Shown here: piece after piece, positions 1 to 10,541 of the stretch
Numbering within the stretch: position 1 is the first letter of the stretch
How the letters are laid out: every line of letters starts with the position of its first letter
DNA from: a virus
DNA length: 64,000 nt
IMG/VR virus record: IMGVR_UViG_3300015050_001142
Location: 31,586 to 95,585 of that record
Direction: 5' to 3' (one strand)
Made by a program: the position numbers and the translations under genes
Notes under the pieces: model-generated
Seen by the model: the letters and a program-made list of their open reading frames with translations, nothing else
What the model was told of the DNA's origin: nothing
The model's database searches: none

Positions 1-1517
1 AATATTCTTCTTACTGGAAACAGAATAGGCAGAAGAAGTTCTCACTCATGCACCAGAAAGGTTCTTACATCGATGAATTCGGTGTTGAGCGCGGGAAAAT
101 GCCTGAGATCATTGCACAGATCGTTGATAAACCTTCAAAGACTCGTGGTAAGCGTGGAAGAAAAGCTTCATTTGAAGAAGCAGGCTCATTTCCTAATCTG
201 GAAGCAGCTCTTGAAGTATCGATGGGTTCTATGCGTGAAGGTTCTGTATATGTGGGCCAGATCTCAGTATTCGGTACCGGTGGTGAAGTTGGACCAGGTA
301 TTCAAGGTTTGGAGAATATCTTTAATTCGCCTGAATCCTGGGATATGCTTGCGTTTCCTAATATTTGGGATGAAGGTATGTACGGAACTCAATGTGGATA
401 CTTTGTACCATGTTGGAGAGCTAACTCCTGGTTCATGGATGAAGATGGTAATGTTGATATGGAATCAGCTATTGCTGCAGATGATCGGGAACGGGAGAAA
501 AAGAAAAAATCTGGCCGGCCGAAGGATTTGGATAGAAGAAAGGCTGAGTACCCACGAACTCCGGCCGAAGCACTGCAGCGTATTAGTGATAATGGATTCA
601 ATATCGCGGAGATTGACGCACAGATATCCCGGATATTAACCAATAAATCTATCCAGGCTATGATCCGCCACGGTAAGTTGATTACCTCAACAACTGGTAC
701 TGGCGGAATTGACTTTGTACCGCAATCAAAAGCTGTAGCTAAACCTATTGAAGACTTCCCACATAAGAAAGGTGATGATTTAACTGGCTGTTTCTCTATT
801 ATTGAACGACCATTTACTGATCAGAATGGATTGGTACCCAAAGGAATGTATGTGATCAGCGTGGATAGTTATTCAAAAGAAGAATCCGAGGATGTAACAT
901 CGCTGTTCTCATTTAAAGTGTGGAAACAGGAGAATACTATTGATCCGGCATATGCTGGATTACCGGTAGCCTGGTACGCGGGCCGACCAAAACGATTAGA
1001 TGATAACCATGACATATTATTCAATGCATCTCAATACTTTAACGCTGATATACAAGGTGAAATAGCCGGCGGTGGCCAGATGATCGTCAATTATGCCCGT
1101 ACCCATAAACTCATGCACCGGTTAAAGCATGAGCCGGATATGATTCACAATAAAGAATTGGCAAGTAAATCTGCAGGTAATTCTTATTTGATGAATATGT
1201 CAACTGAGCGTAAGGAAGTAGGACTTACCTATCTGGAAGATTGGCATGTACAGCCACGCGGATTAGACGACAAGGGTAATAAGGTACTGAATGTTCATAG
1301 GATCTATGATATTGCCTGGTTGAGAGAAATGAAGAAACATCACTCAAAATTAAACTGCGATCGTATCTCTGATGCGATTATTGCTATGTACGAATTAAAG
1401 GAAAGAATGGCTATTCTGGTACAGGCCAGAGCTGAAACCAGAGGCTTTTACTCAAATAAACGGGTATTATATGGTGGATCAGCTATGAATACTGGTGGCC
1501 GTACTACCGCATATTAA
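1..1517 (+). CDS. terL: Terminase large subunit (5'-truncated; frame open from the window start)
   Basis: RGKRG...FEEAGSF Walker-B region, VFGTGG coupling motif, RNase H-like nuclease acidic residues (ISVDSY, DRISD); immediately upstream of portal as in crAss-like phages; no stop in frame upstream of position 48. Confidence 0.9.
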   Translation, partial: YSSYWKQNRQKKFSLMHQKGSYIDEFGVERGKMPEIIAQIVDKPSKTRGKRGRKASFEEAGSFPNLEAALEVSMGSMREGSVYVGQISVFGTGGEVGPGIQGLENIFNSPESWDMLAFPNIWDEGMYGTQCGYFVPCWRANSWFMDEDGNVDMESAIAADDREREKKKKSGRPKDLDRRKAEYPRTPAEALQRISDNGFNIAEIDAQISRILTNKSIQAMIRHGKLITSTTGTGGIDFVPQSKAVAKPIEDFPHKKGDDLTGCFSIIERPFTDQNGLVPKGMYVISVDSYSKEESEDVTSLFSFKVWKQENTIDPAYAGLPVAWYAGRPKRLDDNHDILFNASQYFNADIQGEIAGGGQMIVNYARTHKLMHRLKHEPDMIHNKELASKSAGNSYLMNMSTERKEVGLTYLEDWHVQPRGLDDKGNKVLNVHRIYDIAWLREMKKHHSKLNCDRISDAIIAMYELKERMAILVQARAETRGFYSNKRVLYGGSAMNTGGRTTAY

Positions 1518-1519
1518 TC

Positions 1520-1527
1520 TATATTTG
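1520..1527 (+). promoter_or_regulatory. Bacteroidota -7 promoter element TAnnTTTG upstream of portal
   Basis: TATATTTG in the intergenic gap, 18 nt before the ATG at 1546. Confidence 0.5.
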
Positions 1528-1545
1528 TACATAAACTGAATTCTT

Positions 1546-3984
1546 ATGTCAAGAGAAACTGTTATAAATAATCGGGTTACATCCACTGGGAAACCCTTAC
1601 AGGTAATCCCTTACACTGAGAAAACACCGGACTGGTATAAGAATAATGTAGATTATTATATCATGCGATCGAACTTTAACTTCGGATCGAAAGATAATAC
1701 TGGCCGCAAAGATTTACGGGTACTTTATGAGGTTTACAACAACCAGTTTCCTCTTGATTGGTTTGCACACGTAACTGATCCTCTATCAGCTAAAGTTGAA
1801 GCACACAAAGCATTTCCAGCTAAAATAAGACCGGTAACTATTCTGCGTACAAATATTGATCTATTGTTGGGAGAATGGCCTCGCCGTCCATATGTATACA
1901 ACGTAGAGAATCTTGGAGAAGGTGGATATAATAATTACATGGCCGCACTTGAAGAACAGTTGAAAACTAATATTACTCAACACTTTGTACAGGCAGCATT
2001 ACAATCAGCCAAAGAATCTGGGCAACAAATAACTCCAGAACAGGAACAGCAATTACAACAGAATCCACCTACCCCTGAAAAGATAAAAGAACAATTCCAA
2101 CAAACATATAAAGATGCTGTAGCAGTTAAAGGGCAGAAGTTTCTACGTAAGATGATCCGTGAGAAAGAGATTAAACAGAAGCAACATCAAATGTTTAAAG
2201 ACTGGAATATTGCTGGTCAAGCTTATTCTTTTAAAGGTGTGATGAATGACGACCTGGTTTATCGCCGGGTTTCTCCATTATGTATTGATTACGATAAATC
2301 AGAGACTGAGAAACTTATTGAGAATGGGGAATGGGTAGTTAATCGTGAACTCTATGTTGTGAGCGATGTGGTTAATATGTTTTGGCAAGTATTAAATAAA
2401 CAGAATCAAATTGATATTGATAACCGTCTTCCATTCGCTACAGCAGCGGGATTTTATTCAGCATTGAATGGTTTATATACTGATGAGAATGCGCGTAATA
2501 AAGTACCTGTTTACCACGTACAATGGAAGGGTAGACGTAAGGTATTATTTTTGTCTTACCTCGATCCTGAAACATTTCAGTACGTTGAAGATGTAAAAGT
2601 TGATGAAGCTTATATTCCTGATAAATCCCGTGGTGAAGTTGTTGAAGAACGTTGGGTAGATGAAGTTTATGAAGGTCATAGAATTGGCGATCAGGCTAAT
2701 GCTATTTATGTAAATCTTCAACCTGCAGCAGTACAGCGTGCACCAATGAATAATATGTCTGCGTGTAAGCTGAATTACAATGGACGTAAGTATTCTGATA
2801 CCCATGCTGAGAATCTGTCGGTACTGGAGATGGGTATTCCTTTTCAGATCATGTACATCATTATCACGTACATCTTAGAGAAAACAATTGCCAAGAGTAA
2901 GGGTAAGATATTAATGATTGATCAGAATGCTATTCCAAATGAAGGCGAATGGGATGATGAGAAATTCTTCTATTATTCTGAAGCACTTGGATATGCATTG
3001 CTTAATCGTAATCAGGTTGGCGTAGATAAGAGCTGGAACCAGTACCAGGTACTTGATATGAGCTTGTTTGATTCAATTCAACAGCTAATAGAATTACAAG
3101 CGCATACTAAACAGGAATGGGATGATTTGATTGGTATCAGCCGTCAGCGTAAAGGACAAACTTATTCCAGTGATGGTCAAGGTGTAAACGAACGTGCAGT
3201 ATTCCAATCAACTGTAATTACTGATATGATCTTTATTGGCTTTGAAGAGTTTGTACAAAGTGAATTGCAAGGTATAATGGATTATGGTAAATTCCTTACA
3301 GCTAAAGGGCATAAATCTATTTACAATGATGATGAATTTGGTACCATGTTGATGGAGATATTTCCAGAAGATTTTATTAATGAAGATCTAGGAGTATTTG
3401 TAGATAGTAGTTCTGAACATATTCATAAATTACAGCAGATGCAGGGATTGGCCCAGGCAATGGTACAGAACAATGCACGTATCTCTACTGTATTGGAAGT
3501 AATGGATGCAATTAATGTGGCTGATCTTAAAGCTAAGATAAGGCGTATTGAAGAGATTGAAGATCAAATAGCAGCTTCACAAGGACAATCAGAACAGGAA
3601 GCTTTAGCAGCAGCCGATGAACGTAAAGAACGTTATGCTAAATATGAAAACATTCTTGATACATTATTCATGAATGATGAATATAATCGTAAAGAAGATA
3701 TTGAGCATATCAAGGGTAGTTATCAATTAGAAGCAGCAGCTAAAGATGATAGTGTAAATGAAGATCCAAATGCTTCAGCTAACTTTGAGAAATTAATGCT
3801 TGAGCGTCAGAAGTTTGATGTCGATCGACAAGATAAATTAGCTGAACGGGATCGTAAAACTAAAGAATTACAATTACAGAAAACAGAACTAGAGCATAAG
3901 ATGGAAACCGATCGACAAAAATTAAAACTTGATGCTCGTAAGATAACAGTAGCAGCAAAAAAGAAAGCATCACCAACCAAGTAA
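1546..3984 (+). CDS. Portal protein (crAss-like)
   Basis: 812 aa, between terminase and capsid genes; crAss-portal-like segments (IDLLLGEW..RP, GISRQRKGQ, ERAVFQS), C-terminal coiled coil. Confidence 0.85.
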   Translation: MSRETVINNRVTSTGKPLQVIPYTEKTPDWYKNNVDYYIMRSNFNFGSKDNTGRKDLRVLYEVYNNQFPLDWFAHVTDPLSAKVEAHKAFPAKIRPVTILRTNIDLLLGEWPRRPYVYNVENLGEGGYNNYMAALEEQLKTNITQHFVQAALQSAKESGQQITPEQEQQLQQNPPTPEKIKEQFQQTYKDAVAVKGQKFLRKMIREKEIKQKQHQMFKDWNIAGQAYSFKGVMNDDLVYRRVSPLCIDYDKSETEKLIENGEWVVNRELYVVSDVVNMFWQVLNKQNQIDIDNRLPFATAAGFYSALNGLYTDENARNKVPVYHVQWKGRRKVLFLSYLDPETFQYVEDVKVDEAYIPDKSRGEVVEERWVDEVYEGHRIGDQANAIYVNLQPAAVQRAPMNNMSACKLNYNGRKYSDTHAENLSVLEMGIPFQIMYIIITYILEKTIAKSKGKILMIDQNAIPNEGEWDDEKFFYYSEALGYALLNRNQVGVDKSWNQYQVLDMSLFDSIQQLIELQAHTKQEWDDLIGISRQRKGQTYSSDGQGVNERAVFQSTVITDMIFIGFEEFVQSELQGIMDYGKFLTAKGHKSIYNDDEFGTMLMEIFPEDFINEDLGVFVDSSSEHIHKLQQMQGLAQAMVQNNARISTVLEVMDAINVADLKAKIRRIEEIEDQIAASQGQSEQEALAAADERKERYAKYENILDTLFMNDEYNRKEDIEHIKGSYQLEAAAKDDSVNEDPNASANFEKLMLERQKFDVDRQDKLAERDRKTKELQLQKTELEHKMETDRQKLKLDARKITVAAKKKASPTK

Positions 3985-4002
3985 ACCACAAACAGTAATT
4001 AT

Positions 4003-5172
4003 ATGCAAAATTTGATTAGACTTTTCCGCGATCCAAATCCAAATGACACGTCATTACCACCATCTCTTGTAGAATTGGAATCAGGTGTTGGTGCAGATGG
4101 TAAACCATTAATTAAACCTTTACCGCTTGACAATCCACTACCACCAAAACCAGGTGAAGCGGGATATGTAGAACCAAAGTTTGGCGAAGAAGGTTACGTT
4201 CTTAAACCCGGTGATGAAGGATACGAATTAAAACCGGGAGATGATGGCTACGAACCTAAACCCGGTGAAGAAGGTTATGTACCAAAAGAAGGAGAAGAAG
4301 GTTATGTAGCTCCTGAAGCCGGTACTGAACCACAATTCTGGGATGAGGTTGAAAAGATCACTGGACGTAAGGTTGAAATAACTTATCCTGATGGCATTGA
4401 AGCTGATACTCCTGAAGGTGCTGCATTCCGTGAAGAGTTTGTACGCGAAGAAGCAGCTATTGAATTTGAGAGTAAATTAGCTGAATCATCCCCTCGTGCT
4501 TATGCATTCTTTCTGCACATGGCCGCAGGTAAACCAGAAAATGAATTCTTTGGTGATACAGGTGCAAGTTTTTCGTTACCAGAACTATCAGCATTAGAAG
4601 CTTCAGTTGATCTTCAAACCAGTATGTACAAGCATGATTTAATCTCTCGTGGATTAGATGATGATGCAGCGCAAACCTTAGTGGATAAGGCTATCAAGGA
4701 TAATAAGCTTAAAGACCTTGCTGTAACTGCTTATAAGATTACTGATGCTGCACAGAAGCAGCAATTAGCGGATTTACAGAAAGAACAAGCAGCAGAAGAA
4801 ACTAAATTCAATACTTCTGTACAAGCGATTTCTACCCGTATTGCAACTGCAATTAAAGAGGAACTGAGCTTTGTTGTACCTACTGCAAGAGAAGAAGAGT
4901 TTAAAACTTTTGTAGCCAATCATTTACAATATGATAAAGGCGAATTTTTCCTGGTACAGAAGGTAGCTTCTGATAAAGATTTCAAGAATCAACTGGAAAG
5001 TTTATTCTTTCAGTTCGTAAAAGGCGATTTAAGTACTGTTGTGAAAAAACAAGTAAAAACAGAAGCTGCACAGCGTCTTAAGTTAGTTGTGAAGAAGGCA
5101 GAAGCAGGTACCGGGGGTGGTCAACGTAGTGGAGATGATGGTACAAAGAATATACCTTTAGGCGATCATTAA
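4003..5172 (+). CDS. Putative capsid scaffolding protein
   Basis: Acidic, low-complexity N-terminus and helical C-terminus; lies between portal and MCP. Confidence 0.6.
   Translation: MQNLIRLFRDPNPNDTSLPPSLVELESGVGADGKPLIKPLPLDNPLPPKPGEAGYVEPKFGEEGYVLKPGDEGYELKPGDDGYEPKPGEEGYVPKEGEEGYVAPEAGTEPQFWDEVEKITGRKVEITYPDGIEADTPEGAAFREEFVREEAAIEFESKLAESSPRAYAFFLHMAAGKPENEFFGDTGASFSLPELSALEASVDLQTSMYKHDLISRGLDDDAAQTLVDKAIKDNKLKDLAVTAYKITDAAQKQQLADLQKEQAAEETKFNTSVQAISTRIATAIKEELSFVVPTAREEEFKTFVANHLQYDKGEFFLVQKVASDKDFKNQLESLFFQFVKGDLSTVVKKQVKTEAAQRLKLVVKKAEAGTGGGQRSGDDGTKNIPLGDH
4144..4323 (+). repeat. Six tandem 9-10 aa repeats (P)KPG(E/D)EGY(V/E)x in the scaffold-like protein
   Basis: PKPGEAGYVE-PKFGEEGYVL-KPGDEGYEL-KPGDDGYEP-KPGEEGYVP-KEGEEGYVA. 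Confidence 0.85.
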
Positions 5173-5198
5173 TACTTCTAACCTAAAATCTAACCAAG

Positions 5199-6728
5199 AT
5201 GTCAAGTAACACTTTAGTTCCCCAGATGAAGTTCCAGGTACAGGAACAGATATTTGATGCTAAGAGTATGTTGGATGAAACCAACTTTTACCATCAGCGT
5301 CAAGGTATGCCGTCCGAGCTTACCAAAAAGTTAACCTATATCCTCGGATCTCAGAAACGTAACTATCCATTGTCACTTATGACTCTTGGTGCAGGTGGTT
5401 TCAACACTGATAACAAAGGTGGTGGATCAGCTATCGAGATCGATGATGTACAGTACACTTATCCGGTAATGACCCGCACCAACAAAGCATCAGTTATTTA
5501 CTCAACAGAGTATGTAACCGGTGATAAGCCTGGTATTGGCCACGGTAAGTTCTACGCAACATTTACTGATAACTGGATCAAACGTTTCTATGTTCTCCAA
5601 TCTACAGGTGGTACCCAAGCTTACGTACATAGCGATGGTGAACCGGTAGCAGGTGGTTACAGATATGAACTCCAGTTAGATCCGGCCGGCCCGACAGATT
5701 TCTGTCCTTTGGCACAGCTTGATCCCGGTACTCGTTGGGTTGAATTACATACAGCAGTAGCAGAATCTGAATCCCGTTCAACTGAGAGCAAAATGGTTAT
5801 GCCAGGTTTGTTCAAGAATCAGATGGGTTTCATGAGAGCTGGTATGAGCTGGGCAGGTAATTCAGCAAATAAAATGATGAGGATCACAGTTAAAACCGAT
5901 AAAGGTGAGACTGATATGTGGATGGATTACTACATGTGGCAGATGGAAGAGCGTTGGGCTGAAGAGTGTGAGCACATGTATTGGTACAGCCGTTATAACA
6001 GACTCGTTGATGGTTCTATTCCATTGAAAGATATGTTCACCGGTAAAGTAATTCCGCGTGGTTCCGGTGTATTTGAACAGATCACAAACAAATCAACCTA
6101 TGCCCGCCTTACTTTGAATGCTTTGACAAATAAAGTAGGTGATGCATTGTTTGGTCAGACTGATACTGGTGGAATGACTATTACCCTTATGACCGGTACT
6201 GGTGGTATGAGAGAGTTTGATCGTGCTTGTCGTGAGGCAGGTATTGCTAAACTTGGACCATTCGGTGCAGGTGATATCGCCAGCAAATTTGTATCTGGTA
6301 CAGGATATAACTTGGCTTTGGGTGGATACTTTGATACTTTCTATCATATTGATGGATATACAATTAAAGTAAAACATAACCCGGTATTCGATACAGGTCG
6401 TGTTGCGCTGGCTTCTCCATTACACCCTGAAAGTGGTTTACCACTGGAATCTTACAGGATGTGTTTCCTTGATGATAGCGATGTTGATGGATCACCAAAT
6501 ATCCGTCACGTAGCACAGAAAGGCCGTTCATTCCTGGATGGTGTTGTAAAAGGTTTAACTCCAATGCCACGTTCATTACAAATCTTGATCGGTTCTACCG
6601 GTGGTGCAGCTTCTAAAGATTTGGCAACTGTGCAGGATAAGAGTGAATACACAAGGTTTAAATCTGCAGGTATTCAGATCATGCGCGCTAACCGCTGCTT
6701 TGATCTCCAGTGTATCGCAGGTCAATAA
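5199..6728 (+). CDS. Major capsid protein (crAss-like)
   Basis: 509 aa; GSGVFEQI, LMTGTGGMREF, LGGYF..FYHIDG, HPESGLPLESYRM motifs; followed by a strong terminator. Confidence 0.9.
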   Translation: MSSNTLVPQMKFQVQEQIFDAKSMLDETNFYHQRQGMPSELTKKLTYILGSQKRNYPLSLMTLGAGGFNTDNKGGGSAIEIDDVQYTYPVMTRTNKASVIYSTEYVTGDKPGIGHGKFYATFTDNWIKRFYVLQSTGGTQAYVHSDGEPVAGGYRYELQLDPAGPTDFCPLAQLDPGTRWVELHTAVAESESRSTESKMVMPGLFKNQMGFMRAGMSWAGNSANKMMRITVKTDKGETDMWMDYYMWQMEERWAEECEHMYWYSRYNRLVDGSIPLKDMFTGKVIPRGSGVFEQITNKSTYARLTLNALTNKVGDALFGQTDTGGMTITLMTGTGGMREFDRACREAGIAKLGPFGAGDIASKFVSGTGYNLALGGYFDTFYHIDGYTIKVKHNPVFDTGRVALASPLHPESGLPLESYRMCFLDDSDVDGSPNIRHVAQKGRSFLDGVVKGLTPMPRSLQILIGSTGGAASKDLATVQDKSEYTRFKSAGIQIMRANRCFDLQCIAGQ

Positions 6729-6761
6729 TATAACTGTTTGGGTTGGTTTATTCCAATCTAT

Positions 6762-6792
6762 GAGTCCCGTCAGAAATGGCGGGATTCTTTTT
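6762..6792 (+). terminator. Rho-independent terminator after MCP
   Basis: GAGTCCCGTCA-GAAA-TGGCGGGATTC stem-loop followed by TTTTT. Confidence 0.85.
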
Positions 6793-6807
6793 GTCCTAAA
6801 CTTCCCC

Positions 6808-6815
6808 TACATTTG
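6808..6815 (+). promoter_or_regulatory. Bacteroidota -7 promoter element TAnnTTTG
   Basis: TACATTTG directly after the MCP terminator, 23 nt before the ATG at 6839. Confidence 0.5.
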
Positions 6816-6838
6816 TAAGACAATAAACCCATAACAGT

Positions 6839-7789
6839 ATGAAGACAACGGAAAAACACCTAAACAGTAAAACAGTCACCATCTTTCGATCAGGATCATT
6901 TCTGGCCCGCGCGCAGGGGCCGGCTATCCAGGATTATTTTGAATCAGCCAAAGTATCCATTGGTTCTTATTTTGAATCACAGAGTTCTACAATGATTGGT
7001 TCAGGATTAACCTTTGAAGAACAAAGGGTATTAATGCCGATATTAGTTGATGCTCCATTTGAGGATAGAGAGTTCAGGAAACTGGTACGTGACTACTTTT
7101 CAAATATTGATACGAAAGTACCACATGGTACCGGCTGTATTCTTGAGATTGGTTTAGCGAAAAATAATGCTGAACCAGTGAGTCTTGAAAATATGCCAAT
7201 CTCTATCGTTGACTTTGTTCGGTACCGTCATGCTTATCATCACCCTTTTATGGCATTAAGTAAAGAAGAAGCGGATAGTAATCCTACCAAACAGTATTAC
7301 ATTTTTGATAAATCTCAATTACAGGAAAAGAATAAGAAAAATACTCAGGAAGCCGATGCTGCAATGGCATTGTACCTGGCTGTGAAGAAAGATGAATCTA
7401 AAGTGAATATGCTTCTTACATTACTTGGCCTTGATCCGCGTTCCTTTACAAGTGAGTCAGATAAAACTGATAAACTGAAAGAAATTGCAGTACAAACACC
7501 GGAGAAATTTACTGAGAAACATAACAGCGATGATTTCGATATCAGGTATTGGATTGAATCAATGAAGAATGTAAAAATTCTTTTGTTGATTGGGCAGAAA
7601 TATATCAATGCTGATACCAAAAAAGTTATTGGTAACACATTGGAAGAAACTATCTACTTCTTCAAAGATGATGCGAATTCAGATGAGGTTGGTATCCTGA
7701 AAGCTAAGATGCAAGAGGCTTTACGTAATCCATTAGAAGCTCAGAAACGTGCAACCGCGCCGAAAGAAGGTACTGGTGCAACAAAATAA
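6839..7789 (+). CDS. Conserved crAss-like protein downstream of MCP ('gene 75'-like)
   Basis: Synteny; GLTFEEQRVLMP..., IGNTLEETIYFFK segments. Confidence 0.65.
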   Translation: MKTTEKHLNSKTVTIFRSGSFLARAQGPAIQDYFESAKVSIGSYFESQSSTMIGSGLTFEEQRVLMPILVDAPFEDREFRKLVRDYFSNIDTKVPHGTGCILEIGLAKNNAEPVSLENMPISIVDFVRYRHAYHHPFMALSKEEADSNPTKQYYIFDKSQLQEKNKKNTQEADAAMALYLAVKKDESKVNMLLTLLGLDPRSFTSESDKTDKLKEIAVQTPEKFTEKHNSDDFDIRYWIESMKNVKILLLIGQKYINADTKKVIGNTLEETIYFFKDDANSDEVGILKAKMQEALRNPLEAQKRATAPKEGTGATK

Positions 7790-7795
7790 TTTTGT

Positions 7796-8851
7796 ATGAC
7801 AGTTAACGAAATGCATATTGAATTAAGACAATCCGCTAATCAGATTGGTGCAAACAAAAGTCGTAAGTACGAACCTGAAGAATTGGATTGGATACTTAAC
7901 AAGATGTATAATCGTTTTATACAATCAAAACTTAAACCAAAGAAAGACGGATCTGGTGGCTTTGAACTGGACCAGATCAGTGCAGACCAGATCCGTACTT
8001 TAATTGTTCCTTCATATGACTTGGTACCCTATGTAGATGATAGTAGAAGGTACCAATGTTTTCTCCCGGCTGATTACGCTTACCTGTTGTCTGATTGGTC
8101 AGCTACAACATTACTTTGTACTGGAGATACCATTACTGAAACAGCTGAGAATCTCTATATAACAGCGATCAGACAAGATTACTCTACCGGTGCTTCTCCA
8201 AGCGGATTCTATCGAACATTGAAAGTATTGTTTCCTGATGCAACTGTAGAAATTCCAACTGATTTACCTTATGGTAATAATTATCAAGGATACACAAAGA
8301 AGACAGATATTTCATTTCTGATTCCTTGGATTCGTGCTAAGGGCCAATATTACTGGGAAAGATTCGCTGATTTGTTTTATCCTGGCTATTACATCCATAC
8401 CTCTTTAACTCCGGTCGCATCACCAATTCCTACGATTGGTATTACCATTGATGGAATTACTTACCATACATACCAATACGTGATCAAGAATCTGGTGAAA
8501 CATACCGGTACCGGTCAGATAAGAGATAATCGGTTAACAGCTTCTAATAAAATCTCAGGCTTAAACAGCACCCCATTCTGGAAATCTTCTCATTATAGTC
8601 CTGTTTCCGAGCTTGGAAATGGAATTTTATATATTTACAGAGATAATAGCTTCACAGTAAATGGTGTGAGCATTTCTTACATTAGGAAACCTGTCCCAAT
8701 CAGTTTAAGTTTGAATACAAATTGTGAATTACCTGAAGAGTTTCATCAAACGATCTGTGATTTAGCAACTCAGTACATGGCCGGAAGGTTAAAAGATGGA
8801 GATGCTTACCAACTTGATAAAGATGATAACGACACCAGAGTAGTTCTATAA
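7796..8851 (+). CDS. Tail ring / head-tail connector protein
   Basis: MTVNEMH...EELDWILN N-terminus and SYIRKP...CELPEEFHQTICDLA C-terminus typical of crAss ring proteins. Confidence 0.7.
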   Translation: MTVNEMHIELRQSANQIGANKSRKYEPEELDWILNKMYNRFIQSKLKPKKDGSGGFELDQISADQIRTLIVPSYDLVPYVDDSRRYQCFLPADYAYLLSDWSATTLLCTGDTITETAENLYITAIRQDYSTGASPSGFYRTLKVLFPDATVEIPTDLPYGNNYQGYTKKTDISFLIPWIRAKGQYYWERFADLFYPGYYIHTSLTPVASPIPTIGITIDGITYHTYQYVIKNLVKHTGTGQIRDNRLTASNKISGLNSTPFWKSSHYSPVSELGNGILYIYRDNSFTVNGVSISYIRKPVPISLSLNTNCELPEEFHQTICDLATQYMAGRLKDGDAYQLDKDDNDTRVVL

Positions 8852-8870
8852 CCCACTAAAAATTATTATC

Positions 8871-9791
8871 ATGGAAATGAATCGGTTCTTCTCCGCAACC
8901 CTCGGCGTACAAGCTGAATGTATTATCGCCCAATTTATTGACAATTCATCCCCCGGCCAGTCGCCTACACACAGAGCATTCGTTGATAACGCCTTAGCAG
9001 GTTCTATCGCTGTTTACTTTGATGATACCAATCTGTTGGTACCTGCAGGTGGAACCAGTTTGGCCGCTAATGCAAATCGTAAATTCTTTTATGCCTGGAA
9101 ACAAGCTGATGGCCGTGCGTTCCGAACAACCGGTTTCCCATGTCTTCCAACATATAAGCAGGCAGCTTACAATGCTGGTGTTGCACAAACAACTACTCTT
9201 ACAGTAACTGGTACAGTAAGTACAACCCAGATATTGCATGTTCGTATTACTGATACAACTCCTACACAGGTACCGTATCCTACATACGAATATCAATCAA
9301 CTGTATCTGTTGACGTTGCTACTTCATTAACTTCTATTGCTGCTCAAATTACTGCTGAAACCAATGAACCAATTGCTACAGCTACTTCTGCAGGATCAGT
9401 TCTTACTATCGTAGGACTTTACAAAACCCGTACATTTACTGTAACAGCTTACTTGGAAGTTAGTGCAACACAAGCAACTGATCTCAGTATATTTACCGCA
9501 GTGAACACTGTTAAAGCAGTAGCTCCGGTAGGTACCATTGAAGATGTGCTGGCTTTTGATAAGTATGTGATCGAGCAAAATGGTGGTGTACTATACACAG
9601 AAGCTGGTACTTTACCTGCTGAATTCCAGGCATGGGCCACAAATGCACTCAGCACAATTAACTATGGTTATCTGATTGTAAGTGCCAATAAACATGTTGT
9701 TGATGAAGGCGCTACCAGAGCATATGACAAGAAATCATACATCATCGTAGCACTACCAACTGCACAAGTGGCAACACTGGCAGCTAACTAA
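8871..9791 (+). CDS. Putative auxiliary capsid (decoration) protein
   Basis: Thr/Ala/Val-rich beta protein at the syntenic position of the crAss auxiliary capsid gene; followed by a terminator. Confidence 0.55.
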   Translation: MEMNRFFSATLGVQAECIIAQFIDNSSPGQSPTHRAFVDNALAGSIAVYFDDTNLLVPAGGTSLAANANRKFFYAWKQADGRAFRTTGFPCLPTYKQAAYNAGVAQTTTLTVTGTVSTTQILHVRITDTTPTQVPYPTYEYQSTVSVDVATSLTSIAAQITAETNEPIATATSAGSVLTIVGLYKTRTFTVTAYLEVSATQATDLSIFTAVNTVKAVAPVGTIEDVLAFDKYVIEQNGGVLYTEAGTLPAEFQAWATNALSTINYGYLIVSANKHVVDEGATRAYDKKSYIIVALPTAQVATLAAN

Positions 9792-9815
9792 CCGGCCATT
9801 CTACCCCATATATCA

Positions 9816-9846
9816 AAATCCCTCGGCTAACTACCGGGGGATTTGT
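9816..9846 (+). terminator. Stem-loop terminator
   Basis: AAATCCCTCGG-CTAACTA-CCGGGGGATTT followed by T-rich sequence. Confidence 0.7.
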
Positions 9847-9873
9847 ATTATCTTTATTCCCAAATCTATCACT

Positions 9874-10539
9874 ATGCCGGCAGAAACTCTCAATACGATA
9901 ACCACGGTCATAGCATCGCACTTCGATCGTGAACAGGATGAACCATTCAAGCGATCACTTGGGCCGGCAGTAGATGCCTGGAGATCTAAGCTTGTAACCA
10001 ACTCATTGGAGAAGCACCCTGAGCAACGTAAATTTTTCAAGCAAACATTATGGGTACCAATGGAATCGGCAGCATCAGTTCCATGTCCAATGCCAATGAC
10101 TCTATGTCCGGTAGCTAAATCTAAATTTGCTATCCCCAAACCATTAAGATTACAAGGAATTCTTTATGATTACGTTGGTAGCTACGATGGCCGGAACCCA
10201 TTTAAGGAAGCAGCTCCCGGTACCCTTGAATTTCTACAATCAGGAAAGTATTCAGGTAATATAACTTTCTGGGAAAATGAAAATCAATATATAAAGATTG
10301 GTGATAATGCAAAACTTCCCAAGATACGTGTTGATGGTGTATTTGATAAACCATTGGATGTAATGCTGATTAATTGCCAAAACAGTGGCGATTGTGATTA
10401 CTGGGAAATGGAATATCCTGCAACCGGAGATATTATTCAAATGATCATTCAATATATTTTACAGGTAGATTTCAATCGACCGAAATTACCTGATGCACCT
10501 GAGATTGAAGTAACTCCAACAGAACCAAAAAATCCATAA
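9874..10539 (+). CDS. Tail ring protein
   Basis: Synteny; IRVDGVFDKP...CDYWEMEYP C-terminal pattern of crAss ring proteins. Confidence 0.6.
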   Translation: MPAETLNTITTVIASHFDREQDEPFKRSLGPAVDAWRSKLVTNSLEKHPEQRKFFKQTLWVPMESAASVPCPMPMTLCPVAKSKFAIPKPLRLQGILYDYVGSYDGRNPFKEAAPGTLEFLQSGKYSGNITFWENENQYIKIGDNAKLPKIRVDGVFDKPLDVMLINCQNSGDCDYWEMEYPATGDIIQMIIQYILQVDFNRPKLPDAPEIEVTPTEPKNP

Positions 10540-10541
10540 GC

